Positions 40,238 to 53,686 of a stretch of DNA of 64,000 nucleotides are shown piece by piece (positions within the stretch are counted from its first letter, which is position 1; every line of letters starts with the position of its first letter). A program made the position numbers and the translations under genes. The stretch covers positions 104,408,001 to 104,472,000 of the forward strand of contig NC_043002.1 of the NCBI RefSeq assembly GCF_006345805.1, given 5' to 3'. The notes below the pieces were generated by a model, which did no database searches, was not told where the DNA came from, and saw nothing but the letters and a program-made list of their open reading frames with translations. The DNA comes from Octopus sinensis (Eukaryota).

Positions 40238-40244
40238 GTTTGTT

Positions 40245-40470
40245 GGAGGCGCAATGGCCTAGTGGTTAGGGCAGCGGACTCGCGGTCGTAGGATCGCAGT
40301 TTCGATTCCCAGACCGGGAATTGTGTTTATTGAGCGAAAACACCTAAAAGCTCCACGATGCTCCGACAGAGGGCGGTGATCCCTGCTGTACTCTTTCACC
40401 ACTCTTTCTGTGACCAGCGATGTGTAAAACATCTGATGGTCTGGTCTGGTCGGTCACGTGATCACGTGAT
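40245..40470 (+). mobile_element. SINE family D variant (alternative tail), internally deleted
   Basis: Head as family D; lacks the segment between ACTCTTTC and TGTGAC that is present in 18833-19140. Confidence 0.88.
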
Positions 40471-40604
40471 ATATATATATATATATATAAACATATATAT
40501 AAACATATAAACACATATATATATATAAACATATATATAAACATAAATATAAACATAAAACATCAGATGTTTTACACATCGCTGGTCACAATACGTGACC
40601 ATAT

Positions 40605-40750
40605 ATATATAGGCAGAATTCACGAAAAAAAGACGAAGACAGGTGGTGCAGACAACAGATGTATTAGTTTAACGCTGGGAAAAGAAAAAGTCTTTAACGT
40701 TTCGAGCCTATGCTCTGCCACAGAAAGGAACACAGAAAGAAACAAGGATA
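40605..40750 (-). mobile_element. family C copy with hammerhead-like motif at 40692-40727
   Basis: Minus strand CUUU-CUGUGGC-A-GAGC-AUAG-GCUC-GAAAC-GUU^-AAAG. Confidence 0.72.
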
Positions 40751-40755
40751 TATAT

Positions 40756-40844
<89 letters not shown>

Positions 40845-42127
40845 ATACATACATACATACATACATACATACATGAGTTGGTAGGTAGATTCATAGATGC
40901 AAGCATACACATATACATACACACACACAAACATATATATATATGCATAGGGGTGTGTATATATATATATGTATATGTATATATGTATATATGTATATGT
41001 ATATATGTATATGTATATATATATATATGTATGTATATGTATATATGTATATATGTATATGTATGTATGTATATATGTATATCTTTTTCTGTTCTTGTAT
41101 ACAGCTTCTTTGTGTGTTGTTATATATGTCCACGTAAAATCATATTTTATTAGAATCGTGTGAGATTATGCGCACGTATCTTGTCTACTTCACCATCAAA
41201 ACCACAGTCGGAAAAAAAAAACGACCAGTAGTAAAATTCGGTCAGGTGGAAAGATTGCCAATTCATGTAGCCAAGAGTAGCACCAATAATGCTTATATAA
41301 TATCAAAGTCAAAGAGAAAAATCAAACGAATGTAAGACAATAACATAACGAACAGCAACAACAGTAACAAACCCGATCTCTAAAAACATCTATATTTCTA
41401 TTTAAAACTTATTTTATATAAACACAAAATAGATTTCTTGTCATTCTAAGTGAACATTTACCAAGATTGACACATAAATTCTTTAAATCGTCTTCAGCAT
41501 CACCTAGCAAATGGAAGATAAATTGACGTTGGTTAACGTCAATTTTATTCAACGTCGATATATGAAGCTTACTTTTGTTCTTCCAGATTTTATCTCGATG
41601 GTATTCTTTGTTGTTTAATATGGAGTTACCGTTGTGTTGTTCTCATTGATGTCGGAATAGAAATTGAGATGAGAGAAGAGGAAAAACTCGTTTAAGCAAG
41701 GCGTGGGGGTGTGTGATGTGTAATTGCTATTTAAGCGACCAACAATTGTAAATATGTAAGACAAAAATGAAAAAAAGAAGAAACAAATTAAAGCACTTTT
41801 CATTTGAGTAAATACATTGAACAGGGATACACGAAGGAAAAGAGGTATTACCATTTTATTTATGGAAACACACATACACACACTCACACATGCACACATT
41901 TGCGTGCACACTCTCATGTGTGTGTATACTTGAGTATGTGTGTTCGAGTGTACATATAGACATACATACGACCATCTACATCTCTACCTCTCTATGTATC
42001 TATCTATCTATCTATCTATCTATATGTCTGTCTCTCTATTTATCTATCTATATACCTATCTATCTATATATATCTATATATCTATATACAAATATATGTA
42101 TAATTAGAAAGAGAGATCTAAGATTGA

Positions 42128-42164
<37 letters not shown>

Positions 42165-42645
42165 CATGGCCGCAGCTCTGAGCTGAAACTAGAGAAAAAT
42201 GTTATGTATATGTATATATATGTATATATAAATATATATGTTCATTTATATAGATAGATATATACGTATGAATGTATATATATAAATATATGTATGTATG
42301 TATGCGTGTGCATGAGCGCGTTTGTATGTGCGCGCATATTTTAAACACATTTATTTATTATTGATATATTTATATATATTTATAGGAAACCCCTCCTTAT
42401 AAAACTAAGTTACACTCGTCCCCCACTTTTTTTGTTTGCTTTTGTAACAAAACCTAAGGTTATGAATATGTTCACTATAAAATACAGCCATCGCACACAC
42501 ACACACACACACACATGTATATATACGCTTGTATATGTATTTATAGATATATATGCATATGTAAATATACACGTATATATTATATATATATATATATACA
42601 CACCTATTTCTATCTCTCTCTCTATATATATATATGTATTTATAT

Positions 42646-42721
<76 letters not shown>

Positions 42722-43576
42722 GTATGTATGTGTATGCAAGTCTATGTGTGTGAATGTTCGTGTGTAAAATAGATGTGTGCGTAGATGTATGTATAGACAT
42801 AAACGTTTGTATATTTCTTTCGGATTTTCTGTGTGCGCGCGCATGTTACGAGCGTGCGTATGTAAACATTAATGCCGATCACAATAGCCTCCATCAAATA
42901 TTGAATCGGTATTCAAGTGCAAAGCCAGAGAGAGAGAGAGAGAGTGTGTGTGTGTAAGAGAGAGAGAGACACGGGGGGAGAGAGCATGTTATATTTGAAA
43001 GAAAAGAAAGACGTGATCGTGCAAGCATTAAGTGCATTACTCGTAAGAAAAGCAAGCGAGGCATCAAAGCTAGAAGCAGAGAGAACATGAACGCAGGTCA
43101 TTGAGACAATATTAAAGCTTTGTACAAAACACAAAAGCTTGGTTATAAAGTGAAAACGAAGTGAATTTGTAAATGTATATTCCATCTATTTCCTTTCGGC
43201 GCGTAATACAAGTTTTATAATCCTAATAAGGACACTGTGTTGTATAAATGTCGTTTGTACAATAAATTTAGTTTTCGTAAATAGTTCATTGAAATATGAG
43301 AGGTGCTGTAATTGTTGTTTATCTTGTCGCTGGTTGCTGTTGCTGTTTTCTGCTGTTAAGTTTCATTATATTATTTTTATCTACCGTAGGAGAGATTAAT
43401 AAATTCATGTGAGTGTTTAATTAATGTTTAATGCTAATGATTATGTAAGTAATTATAGCGAAGATGCTACAAGAATGACTGTACGAACAAAGACGTCTAT
43501 GAAGGTATCGTTAGTTTATATTCACGCACATATTTATACTTGCGTATATGTGTGTGTTTGTATTTCTGTCTGTCTA

Positions 43577-43783
43577 TATGTATGTATGTATGCATGTATG
43601 TATGTATGTATGTATGTATGTATGTATGTATGTATGTATGTATGTATGTATGTATGTATGTATGTATGTATGTATGTATGTATGTATGTATGTATGTATG
43701 TATGTATGTATGTATGTATGTATATATGTATGTATGTATGTGTGTGTGTATGTATGTATGTATGTATGTATGTATGTATGTAT
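43577..43783. repeat. (TATG)n microsatellite of about 200 bp
   Basis: Directly visible. Confidence 0.97.
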
Positions 43784-44335
43784 GGTCGGGTCGTCGGCGA
43801 CTAAACCGGCAACCCCTCCAAGCTTGCTTGGTGAGGAGGGTGTTTATCGGACACCCTGCGGGATGAATAACAAAACCCGTCAAAGGGCGGAGGAATCCTT
43901 GAGAGTCAACGGCCATCCAATAAATGTCTTAAGGCTGTATCATGCGTAGGGACATAGAAATAATCGGACTGAATACCCGATCGCGCGGTTAAACCGTTAG
44001 GAGTGAAGGACTCCTAGCCTTTGTTAGGGCATCCTTCTAGGAGAAGGTAACTCAGGTAACTGGGATGACTCCGACATAAAACCTGCGACTCAGTGGTTAC
44101 CGATGATGTTGACTTGTTCTTCTTTTCGGATTATGGCTGCTGTTGCTTAGTGAGTGGGATTGACTCTGTGCACAGCCTTTACTTAGTTAAAAAAAATCTT
44201 CTTGCACAGGCATAGCACGATAACAACATTGATTAAGCTTCGTGCAATGGCCATACTTGATAACGAGGGGCCAGCCACCATGTATATGTGTATGTATGTA
44301 TGTATGTATGTATGCATGTATGTAGGTATGTATAT
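43784..44335 (+). mobile_element. non-autonomous RTE-derived element (5' UTR-like part fused to RTE 3' UTR and TATG tail)
   Basis: GC-rich structured 5' part with TCTAGGAGAAGGTAACTC (RTE 5' UTR-like, from memory); 3' GCTTCGTGCAATGGCCATACTTGATAA shared with the LINE at about 14095-14125; no ORF between. Confidence 0.6.
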
Positions 44336-44340
44336 ACACA

Positions 44341-44513
44341 GGGAATGTGATATTCGTGACCGGGAACAGGACTCACGATACCATGCTTAAGAGGGGAGCG
44401 AGAGTCGAGTACAGAGTGATAACAAGGAAATAAGGAAAAGGAGTAAAAATATTTTGTAGTGAACTTCATTAGCTGACAACTGTTTCTTCTATAAAAATGC
44501 AGTGGATTCATAG
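44341..44513 (+). repeat. unclassified dispersed repeat (copy of 38817-38991)
   Basis: Same shared blocks as 38817-38991. Confidence 0.7.
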
Positions 44514-44630
44514 TTCAGCGCGTGAGTAACACATTATACCTTCATCGGAGCCGCAATTCTGAGAAGCAATTTGAAACTGCATTTCGTGTTTGAGAGATAG
44601 GTAACGCGAGAGTTTAGAAGTAGAAAAATA

Positions 44631-44814
44631 TATCTTTCTTTATTGCCCAGAGGTGGCTAAATATAGAGGGACAAACAAAGACAGAGAAAGGGTTTAAGTC
44701 GATTACATTGACACCAGTGCATAACTGGTACTTCTTTTAATCGACCCCGAAATGATGGAAAGTAAAGTCGGCCTTAGCTGAATTTAAACTCAGAACGTAA
44801 CGGCAGACGAAATA
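44631..44814 (-). mobile_element. family A SINE lacking the 5' head (one 184-bp unit)
   Basis: Reverse complement begins TATTTCGTCTGCCGTTACGTTCTGAG, about the same start as the internal units of the trimer. Confidence 0.85.
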
Positions 44815-45419
44815 TATATGAGAAAGCATACATAAAACAGCTGAATGGGAAGGAACAAAGACAAAGTGAAGTCAATGAAGGGAATGGTTATAAAGATAAA
44901 TGTAGAAAAGTAATAATAACAAAGAAAACAAGAAATCCTACCAACGTACCATTAAATATTTTTAAAAAACATACAAATCTCCACCTATACATACATACAT
45001 AAATACATACATACAAACATAATACATACTACATACAGACGTACGTACGTATACAAGTACCCAGTTATTGATGTTGAAATTCAAAGAATTTATCTAGATC
45101 AGACACCAGCTCTATATTGGCAATAAATCTTGGAATAAAACTGAATAATACCATACATGCACCCATATATATAAGAAAGATAGTTCAGGATATTTCGCTA
45201 AGAAGGTATATGTATCTGATCTGTTCCATATGATAAAACCGTGGTCAGTATTCTATCGCTATTTGGGATTCTGGACTCTGATCTGAACACTTATAGTGGT
45301 CAGTGGCTTGATCATGTAGATTAGAAACATACTAAGGTCAAGGTGAACTACCTCGTCAGTAGCATTACAGGTAAAATATTGTTTAAACGGTGAGACCGAG
45401 GCAGACACCTAAACCAGTT

Positions 45420-45763
45420 TAGACGGCATTTGAGTGCCTCCTTTTGAAGGAGACCCCATTCGGCCATGAAAGACCATGGGATTGCACCTAAAAGTTACCC
45501 TCCGGGCAAGATTGTTTGTGGAAGGCTAGCAGTCGCCCATGCATACCAGCCTCCCCTCTACACACCACTGATGTTATCCAAGGGAAAGGCAAAGGCCGAT
45601 ACAGCTTGGCACCAGTGATGTCACAGCTCATTTCTACAGCTGAGTTAACTGGAGCAACGTGAAATGAAGTGTCTTGCTCAAGAACACAACACAGCACTGT
45701 TCGGGAATCGAACTCACAGCATCACGATCGTAAGCTCTACGCTCTAACCAATGAGCCATGCGC
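45420..45763 (-). mobile_element. tRNA/CORE-like SINE, family E
   Basis: Minus strand GCGCATGGCTCATTGGTTAGAGCG..GAGTTCGATTCCC, then GTGTTGTGTTCTTGAGCAAGACACTTCATTTCAC (CORE-like, from memory). Confidence 0.85.
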
Positions 45764-47634
45764 ATCCACAGTAATATGAGAAGAGAGTGTTACATAGATG
45801 TAATCAATTCTGCAAGTAATGTTACACTATTAATAGAATATCATTTTTATAGAAACTTGGAGTGTAGTGCTGTTCCATGTCAACCAAGGGCAACTATACG
45901 AGCCCACGCGACATGTAGCTAGCATAACAGGCGCGGGAAATGCGTAGCTACGTTTTGTCTTTTAGCTTGTCTGGTCTAGATGCTTTACACTCGAAATATT
46001 TATTCATTTATTCAACTACGGCCAGGTTGAGATACCGCATTCCAACAAATCGACAACAATTCTAAAAACAATAAATTCTAGTACCATTTCTCGGATTATT
46101 TTGCCCGGTCGCTATTTAAAGGGACGTAATGAAACCACTGCGGCTATGAAACGAAGGTGGAGGGGACAAGTCGGTAGAATATTTGCAGCGATGGATAGAA
46201 ATAACCACGGGATTTTTCCGACCGTCTGTGATTTGAGTATGAATACCTTCGAGGTGAATTTTGGCTTTCATACATTCGAGATTACGAAAAACACGAAGTG
46301 GCTCCCCAGGCCTGTGAATTTACAGAATAGTAAGAAAGTCGAGTTGTTATGTCTGCTTCTTACTAATATGAATGTTTGCTTCTTGACAAAGAGATGTATC
46401 GCCCCCCGTGTCTTTAGCCTTCCTCTTTGATAAACATCGGTGGAATCGAGAGGAGTGACTTACATGCATGAGTAAATATTGTGATCCGCAAAAATCTCGC
46501 CCAGGTACGCACGGGTAGTTGTCTGGTATTAAGCTTAACCGACAGACGATTTCTACTCGAAATCGTTAACATATGTAAACGTATTTGTAACAACATTCAG
46601 CAGACACACAAATATAAATTGTTTTCAACATAGATGCAGAAATTTTTAGGCTGATCGTTAGTCGAATCAGTCCTAGAACTTCAGAGGTTGCTTATTTTAC
46701 GGATCCTGAAAGAATGAAAGACGAAGTTGAACCATGCAGGATCTGAACTTATATCATAAATGAGGCAACAAATGCCGCAAATCATATCTCCGATGGCTTT
46801 AAACTAAATTTCCATTCCATTACCTTGTGTCAGTAGTTTTACATATCTGACGGTTGATGCTGCAATGCATATTATGACGATAGAGAAGTAATATTTAAGA
46901 AGTCATACCATTAGTCAAGATAAGAGTGTGATTCTTACGACTACATCAACTTGTATTTCTATTCAGTTACTTCCATTAAAAACATCTGATAATTATTTTC
47001 TTAACGAAAGCATTAGATATCTCTTGAAATATATATTAATTAACTCATCAAGTTAAATATTAAGTAAGTTTATGATATAGAAACGTTCATATATTCTACA
47101 TTTGTTTATATATTTCATGTTCGTTTTTCTTTTTTTTATATATATATTTTTTATCTTACTGGAATATGACACGTTGAATTATTAGAAAAAAAATCATATT
47201 AACTGCTTCAAATTCTCACATTCAAATATTCCTGTTGCCTAAATGAAGGCAGTTGTCGGAGGAAATGTGATTAAATATATTTCATTCTTCGGAGTGATCT
47301 TTTCGTCTTTGATATATTCTGGCATTGCTAGTTGATATGTTGATATGCTGCAATAATCTAGTCAGACTGACCAGCAGAGGAATGCAATCACATTTGTCTC
47401 AAGAAAGAATAAAATAATAATAACAAACACTTTATATCTAAATGTGCAGTTTAGTGGAATGTGTCAGTTGTCAGAGAGATAGGAGTTTTTCACAGAGACG
47501 AATGGACACCAAACGGTATAGATTCTTGATGGCACTCAGTTGATTCTTTGCTAATTAGAGGCTTAACTGTTCCACAGAGATAAGAGACATATCGCTGTCT
47601 GGCGACCGAAGCTGTCGGATTGACAAATACTTAC

Positions 47635-47775
47635 GCAGCTTGTGTTACAGATCTGACATGGAGATTCTACATGACAGTTTGCGATGAACGAAGCACTGGC
47701 GTCAGAGTTTACCGATGAAAGCAAACACTTGTGCAGTTCACATCGTGTCAACCTCTTTCTTACATTTGACTTCTT
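47635..47775 (-). CDS. candidate internal exon (KKSNVRKRLTRCELHKCLLSSVNSDASASFIANCHVESPCQICNTSC)
   Basis: Acceptor ttcacag, donor gtaagt, 141 bp, phase 0/0, only one open frame, in unique sequence. No homology recognised. Confidence 0.25.
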
Positions 47776-48324
47776 CTGTGAACTGCTTACTAAATAACTA
47801 CACACACACACACACACACACACATACACAAACACATACATATATACATAAATAAATACAAATATATATGTATATTTGTATACACATATACACATACAGA
47901 GATGCACATATATAAAAATAAACAGACACACAAACACACATATGTCTGTCTGTATGTATGCATGCGTATGTATATATATGCACATCTGTATATGCATGTT
48001 CATATATACACGTGCATTACATGTTATATTATATATGGTGGTGTATATATATTATCACTTACAAGCAAACTTATATTCGCAGCATTAAATATATTACGTT
48101 TATATACAGATATATAAACGTGTCTATACATTCATGTATATACACGCACATGCACACAAGTATGTAAGTTTAAATATAAACAAATTCAAAGCATACACAC
48201 ACATACACACACATACACACATACATATACATACAAATAATATATATATATAATATATATATATAATATATGTGTGTGTGTGGTGTGTGTGTATATCATA
48301 TATTTATATATATTATGTATATAT

Positions 48325-48407
<83 letters not shown>

Positions 48408-49047
48408 TATATGGATGGTAAATATGTTTTATATACGTATATATATATATATATATGTATGGATGTATATATATGTTATATTATATAATATATATATATA
48501 TATATATATATGAATATTGATACATGCATATGTTTGCTTACGTATATTTATATGCGTATGTGTATGCTGACACATACACGTATGCACATTCAATCATACA
48601 TACATACATACAATCATACATGCGTTCCTTCACATTTCTCTAAGATTGCCAAGATAAATTGAAAAGCAACTTCAAGTAGATTCTAATATAATAATATTGC
48701 GGTGGCGTTCAGTTGCATGAGGAGTTATAGGAAAAATCAAAAGGCTTAAGACTGCTAATCAGAATATGTGACAGCTTTCACTGAGATAGCCTTGGCTTAG
48801 GCAGGATATAGCTAGAGCATCATTTTAATAGCCAGAGTACGTGTGGATCCATCCTCACATACATACACTGAGCCACTTACATCTCCACGTGTCTCAGTAG
48901 ATATATATATATATATATAATATATATATATATATACATCATGAATCCGTGTACACGGTTATTGTAGACGTATATATACTTATATATCTATATATAGGAT
49001 ATATATGCACAAATATACAAATATATGTATGTAGACTATATATATAT

Positions 49048-49091
<44 letters not shown>

Positions 49092-49803
49092 GTATATATA
49101 TATATATACAATATACATATATATATATTATATATATAGATTAAGTCGTATGTGAATGCCTTAGTGTCATATGCTGTAATTACATGGTTTTTGGAATTAT
49201 GAGCGGAAATGATGGCTACTACAAAAAATGTTATGCTCACAGTGTTCAGGAGGAAAGTATATGTATTTATGTGTGTATATATATATATACGCAATTTTGT
49301 GCGTGTATTTATATATGCGATATATATGAGCGAGCAATTTATGAATGCGTGCGAGATTATTTTGAGAGTGTGCCATGTGAAGCGTTGAATTTTTGCGCGT
49401 TAATGTTACTGTGTCCTATAATAGACAGAAGAGAGAGAAGGAGCGCGAATAAGAGAAAGAAAAGAGGGTGGCATGGAGAGCGATTGTGATAGAGAAAGAG
49501 AAAGAGAGAGAGAGAACGACAGTGACACAAGGAGTGCTTGGGAGAAATAGGGAAAATTATATTTAACAGGTAGATCAATGTTAGAGTAGTGAGCCCTGAC
49601 TATTAAAGCAATCACTTACCAACAACAACATTGATTTCTTATCGATTTTCAATATTTCTGAGGCCTTTACACGCTTATGTGCCAAGTGAACCATGAAATT
49701 GAACTGGGTTAATTACTTACAGCGCTCACGCATGCATCATCTTCTCACAGATCCATAATGCAGTAGATATATATATATATATATATATTATATATAATTA
49801 TAA

Positions 49804-49835
<32 letters not shown>

Positions 49836-50041
49836 TCCCCCTGTATATCTACGTATGTATATCTATACATCAATACATATTCATATATATGCACATGTAT
49901 ATATATATGAAAACACATATATATACATACACAGTACATAGATACATGGGCGTTTTAGCATACATTTTATACACATCTATCTACGTATATACACTTATGC
50001 ATATATATATATATATATTATATATATATATGTATATTATA

Positions 50042-50072
<31 letters not shown>

Positions 50073-50163
50073 CTATATATATATATATATTATATATATA
50101 AATATTATATATATATTATATATTATAATATATTATATATATATTATATTATATATATATATA

Positions 50164-50323
50164 CAGGAGTGGCTGTGTGGTAAATAGCTTGGTAACCAAC
50201 CACTTGGTAACGGGTTCAGTCTCACTGCGTGGCTTCTTGGCAAGTGCCTTCTGCTATAGCCCCGGACCGACCAATGCCTTGTGAGTGGATTTGGTAGACG
50301 GAAACTGAAAGAAGCCTGTCGTA

Positions 50324-50361
<38 letters not shown>

Positions 50362-50580
50362 TATGTGTGTTTGTTTGTCTGTTTTGTCCCCCTAGCATTG
50401 CTTGAAAACCGATGCTGATGTGTTTACCTCCCCGTCACTTAGCGGTTCGGCAAACAGACCGATAGAATAAGTACTGGGTTTACAAAGAATAAGTCCCGGT
50501 CGATTTGCTCGACTAAAGGCGGTGCTCCAGCATGGCCGCAGTCAAATGAATGAAACAAGTAAAAAAAAAATAAAAAAATA
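50164..50580 (+). mobile_element. SINE family B, full length
   Basis: Family B head, core, internal (TA)n and tail GGCGGTGCTCCAGCATGGCCGCAGTCAAATGA..GAAACAAGTAAAA. Confidence 0.92.
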
Positions 50581-50770
50581 TGTGTGTATATTTACATGTC
50601 TATGTATACACGATTTATATGTGTGTAACTATGGAAGTCTGTTTTTCTAGTTTAACTATCTATTTGTATGTATATTATAATATATGTACAGTATAGTATA
50701 TATATATATGTGTGTGTGTTGTGTGTGTGTGTTTGTGTGGGTGTGTGTTGTGGTGTGTGTGTGTGTGTGT

Positions 50771-51106
50771 ACGTATATATGTATATATATATATATTGCT
50801 TTTACGTTCAGTGATACTAGAAAAAAATGTTACAATAATCTGATGGGTTACTCTATACATTTATACTTTTGTTGATTGCAACTTTATTATAATTAACATG
50901 AACATTATTGACAATGACTAATATATGTGTGTGTGTGTGTGTGGTGTGGTGTACGTATATATGTATATATATATATTGCTTTTACGTTCAGTGATACTAG
51001 AAAAAATGTTACAATAATCTGATGGGTCTCTATACATTTATACTTTTGTTGATTGCAACTTTATTAGTAATTAACATGAACATTATTGACAATGACTAAT
51101 ATATAT
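50771..51106. repeat. tandem duplication, period about 182 bp, two copies
   Basis: TTGCTTTTACGTTCAGTGATACTAG...GACAATGACTAAT occurs twice; the copies differ mainly by small indels. Confidence 0.9.
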
Positions 51107-51389
51107 GTGTGTGGTGTGTGTGGTGTGTATTACGGAGATATACTTGCATAGCACATGACTTGATCTGAGATCGTGTCCTGGAGAGAAAACAATTGCAGCG
51201 GAGAAGGTGTTTATAAGCCATTGAAAACACAAATACCGTTAGATTCACTTCAACTTTTTAATTTAATTTGGCAAAATATTTTCATCGATTTGAGACCGCG
51301 ACCTGTTCACTGATAAAAATTCCGTGCTGAATCTCTATCCCTCTCTCTCTCTCAGCTTCCCTCCCTCTCATGTCTGTCTCTCACTCTCT

Positions 51390-51445
<56 letters not shown>

Positions 51446-52016
51446 TATTATATATATATATATATTATGAAACAACAGAGTGCGGTTCAAATTTCACACA
51501 GTTGTTTCGACAGCATTTTATTGACGCCCTGTTAATAGCATCATGGGAAACGCTGGCATCCTGAGATATGTTATAAAATATGAAAGAGAAGGTGACCAGT
51601 TCAATAAGAACCATGATGGATAAGTCACATGTATATATGTTGCTATGTGAATAGTTGAGCCCTGGTCAACTCTCTTTCATCTTTCTATTACAAAAGTTCT
51701 TTAGTTCTTTGAATGGAACAATATTGTCCAGTATGTCAGCCATTTGACTGATTGAGAACTGTTGCATTCTCATCCTTTCAACTCACCTATTCATGATATT
51801 CTGTTTTTCTGGTTGGTTATGAAAATTCTGATGAAATTTCAGGAATGAGGCTTTTACGTGGCTCCTGTTTTGCAAACTCATTTTCATTATCTCTTGATTT
51901 TTTGATCTCAGGAATATCTACGTTATGCAGTCAAAAACAAACGAACAACGACAGTCATGCTGTGCGTGGGACAAACACAGACATGCATAAAATATATAAA
52001 TATATCTATCAATCTT

Positions 52017-52075
<59 letters not shown>

Positions 52076-52529
52076 TAGAGGGAAACCACTATGTGGACAC
52101 CCATATGCTAGAAATAGATCCGCTATGGTCTTACCACTAAGAATGTTCTCAAGAAAAATTTAGCAAAACAACCAAAGCGTAATCGAGCAAGACAGAAGAA
52201 AAAACAATAAGAATATGTATATAATACAATTTTACTGAACCTTTAGTTCTGTATATGCTAGACCACGGGTGTGACATCGATGTTAATTAAATTAATATCT
52301 AATTGTAAATTTAATATATATATATATATATACATGTATATTTGAGTGTACGTATACTTATATATCTATCTATATGTTTGTCTGTCAGATTTTCAAGAGT
52401 TGACTTTGAAATAGCAACAAACATTTTCCTTATATGTTTGTATGTATATATATGTGCAGATTTGTATGCCTTCTTTTATGCATGCATTCTCATGCATGCA
52501 GTTCCATGCCTAAACATTGTCATATATAT

Positions 52530-53190
52530 TTAAATGATAATCTTCTGTAAAGATTCACAGATCTTTACAGTCCCATTGATGGCCTCGATCTGTAGTCCTC
52601 GAATCAGCTTTATCATCTCTGGTTTGGAGAAGCTAAATTTCTGAAGATAGGTATTTAAGCAGTGTGTTACATACCTCAAGGCCCCAATAATTACTCGTAT
52701 AAAGCTGAACTTGTAATTTGGATAGTGTAACTGAAGATTTCTCAATAGTTCAGCGTATGTGTTCTCTTTTACACTGACTTTTAGATTTATATTAAAATCT
52801 GCTGGGCAGCTGATTTCCACGACTGTACACAATTTCTCTTATCTATCCCAAATCATTATATCAGCTCTGTTGTGCTTACATTTTATTGAGGTCTTCACTG
52901 GTACATTCTACCAGTACTCCTTTTTATTATGAGTGGCTATGGCTTCTACTATACTGTGGGGTTTTATTTCTTTACCTTCGAGGCCATCCTTTCATTATAG
53001 AATGTCCTATCTACATCATGTCTCATTTGTAGCGTGATGACATTTTCGCACAACTGCTTATGGTTTGGGTGATATCTTCGGGTTATGTCCACTAAGCTTG
53101 CATCACTTGTCTTATTGTATTGCTTTTCATGCATCTCTATCCCTTTTGCGCATGAAGTATTAGGTTGATATTCCCTGTTCCAGAATTGTA
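52530..53190 (-). pseudogene. 3' fragment of a restriction-like-endonuclease (R4/NeSL/R2-group) LINE
   Basis: KEYW*NVPVKTSIKCKHNRADIMIWDR*EKLCTVVEISCPAD..YAELLRNLQ..VIIGAL..GTVKIC (HNRPD...E RLE motif); RHDV upstream. Confidence 0.8.
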
Positions 53191-53495
53191 AACGTGTACC
53201 CTACAAAGTGGTATGTATGTGTGTATGTATGTATGTATGTATGTATGTATGTATGTACGTATGTATGTACGTATGTACGTATGTATGTATGTATGTTTTT
53301 GTTTTTCTTTGGGTTTAATTTAAGTTCTTCACAGTATTCAAGTCGTTTGCTAACAAAACAAGAAGACTTTCTTTAATGAGAGCTCCCGATATTGGTAAAC
53401 ATGTGGTTGAGTTGATCAGTTGGTTGAGCTGTCGATGCATACAGCCAAATATGCGCATCTACTTATAAACAACTTTTGCATAGGCAATTTCTAGA

Positions 53496-53686
53496 ATTCT
53501 GTTGTGTCTGGGGAGAGTCATTTTCTCTTTGTGCCTTATATTGTAACACACTCACCGGTAAAATTTCCACTTATTTCTTATTTTTATTTTCCTAAAATTT
53601 TCGTTGCGGCTTGCGACCTTTTCAATAGCCTTGTGTTTCATTATAAGGCACAAAAATAAAATGACTCTCCCCATACACAACAGAAT
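53496..53686. repeat. MITE-like palindrome with 55-bp arms
   Basis: ATTCTGTTGTGTCTGGGGAGAGTCATTTT..TTTGTGCCTTATA (53496-53550) against its reverse complement at 53632-53686. Confidence 0.8.

Noticed and set aside
43784-43890. HDV-like ribozyme at the RTE-like 5' end
   Set aside because: Only a P4-like hairpin plus CUAA could be placed; no consistent P1/P2/P3 pseudoknot was found by hand.
16837-45763. tRNA genes at SINE heads
   Set aside because: A/B boxes are present, but there is no complete cloverleaf and the heads run into repeat bodies with TSDs.
46101-46430. 109-aa plus-strand ORF
   Set aside because: It has a TTG start and no recognisable motif or splice support; it is compatible with chance.
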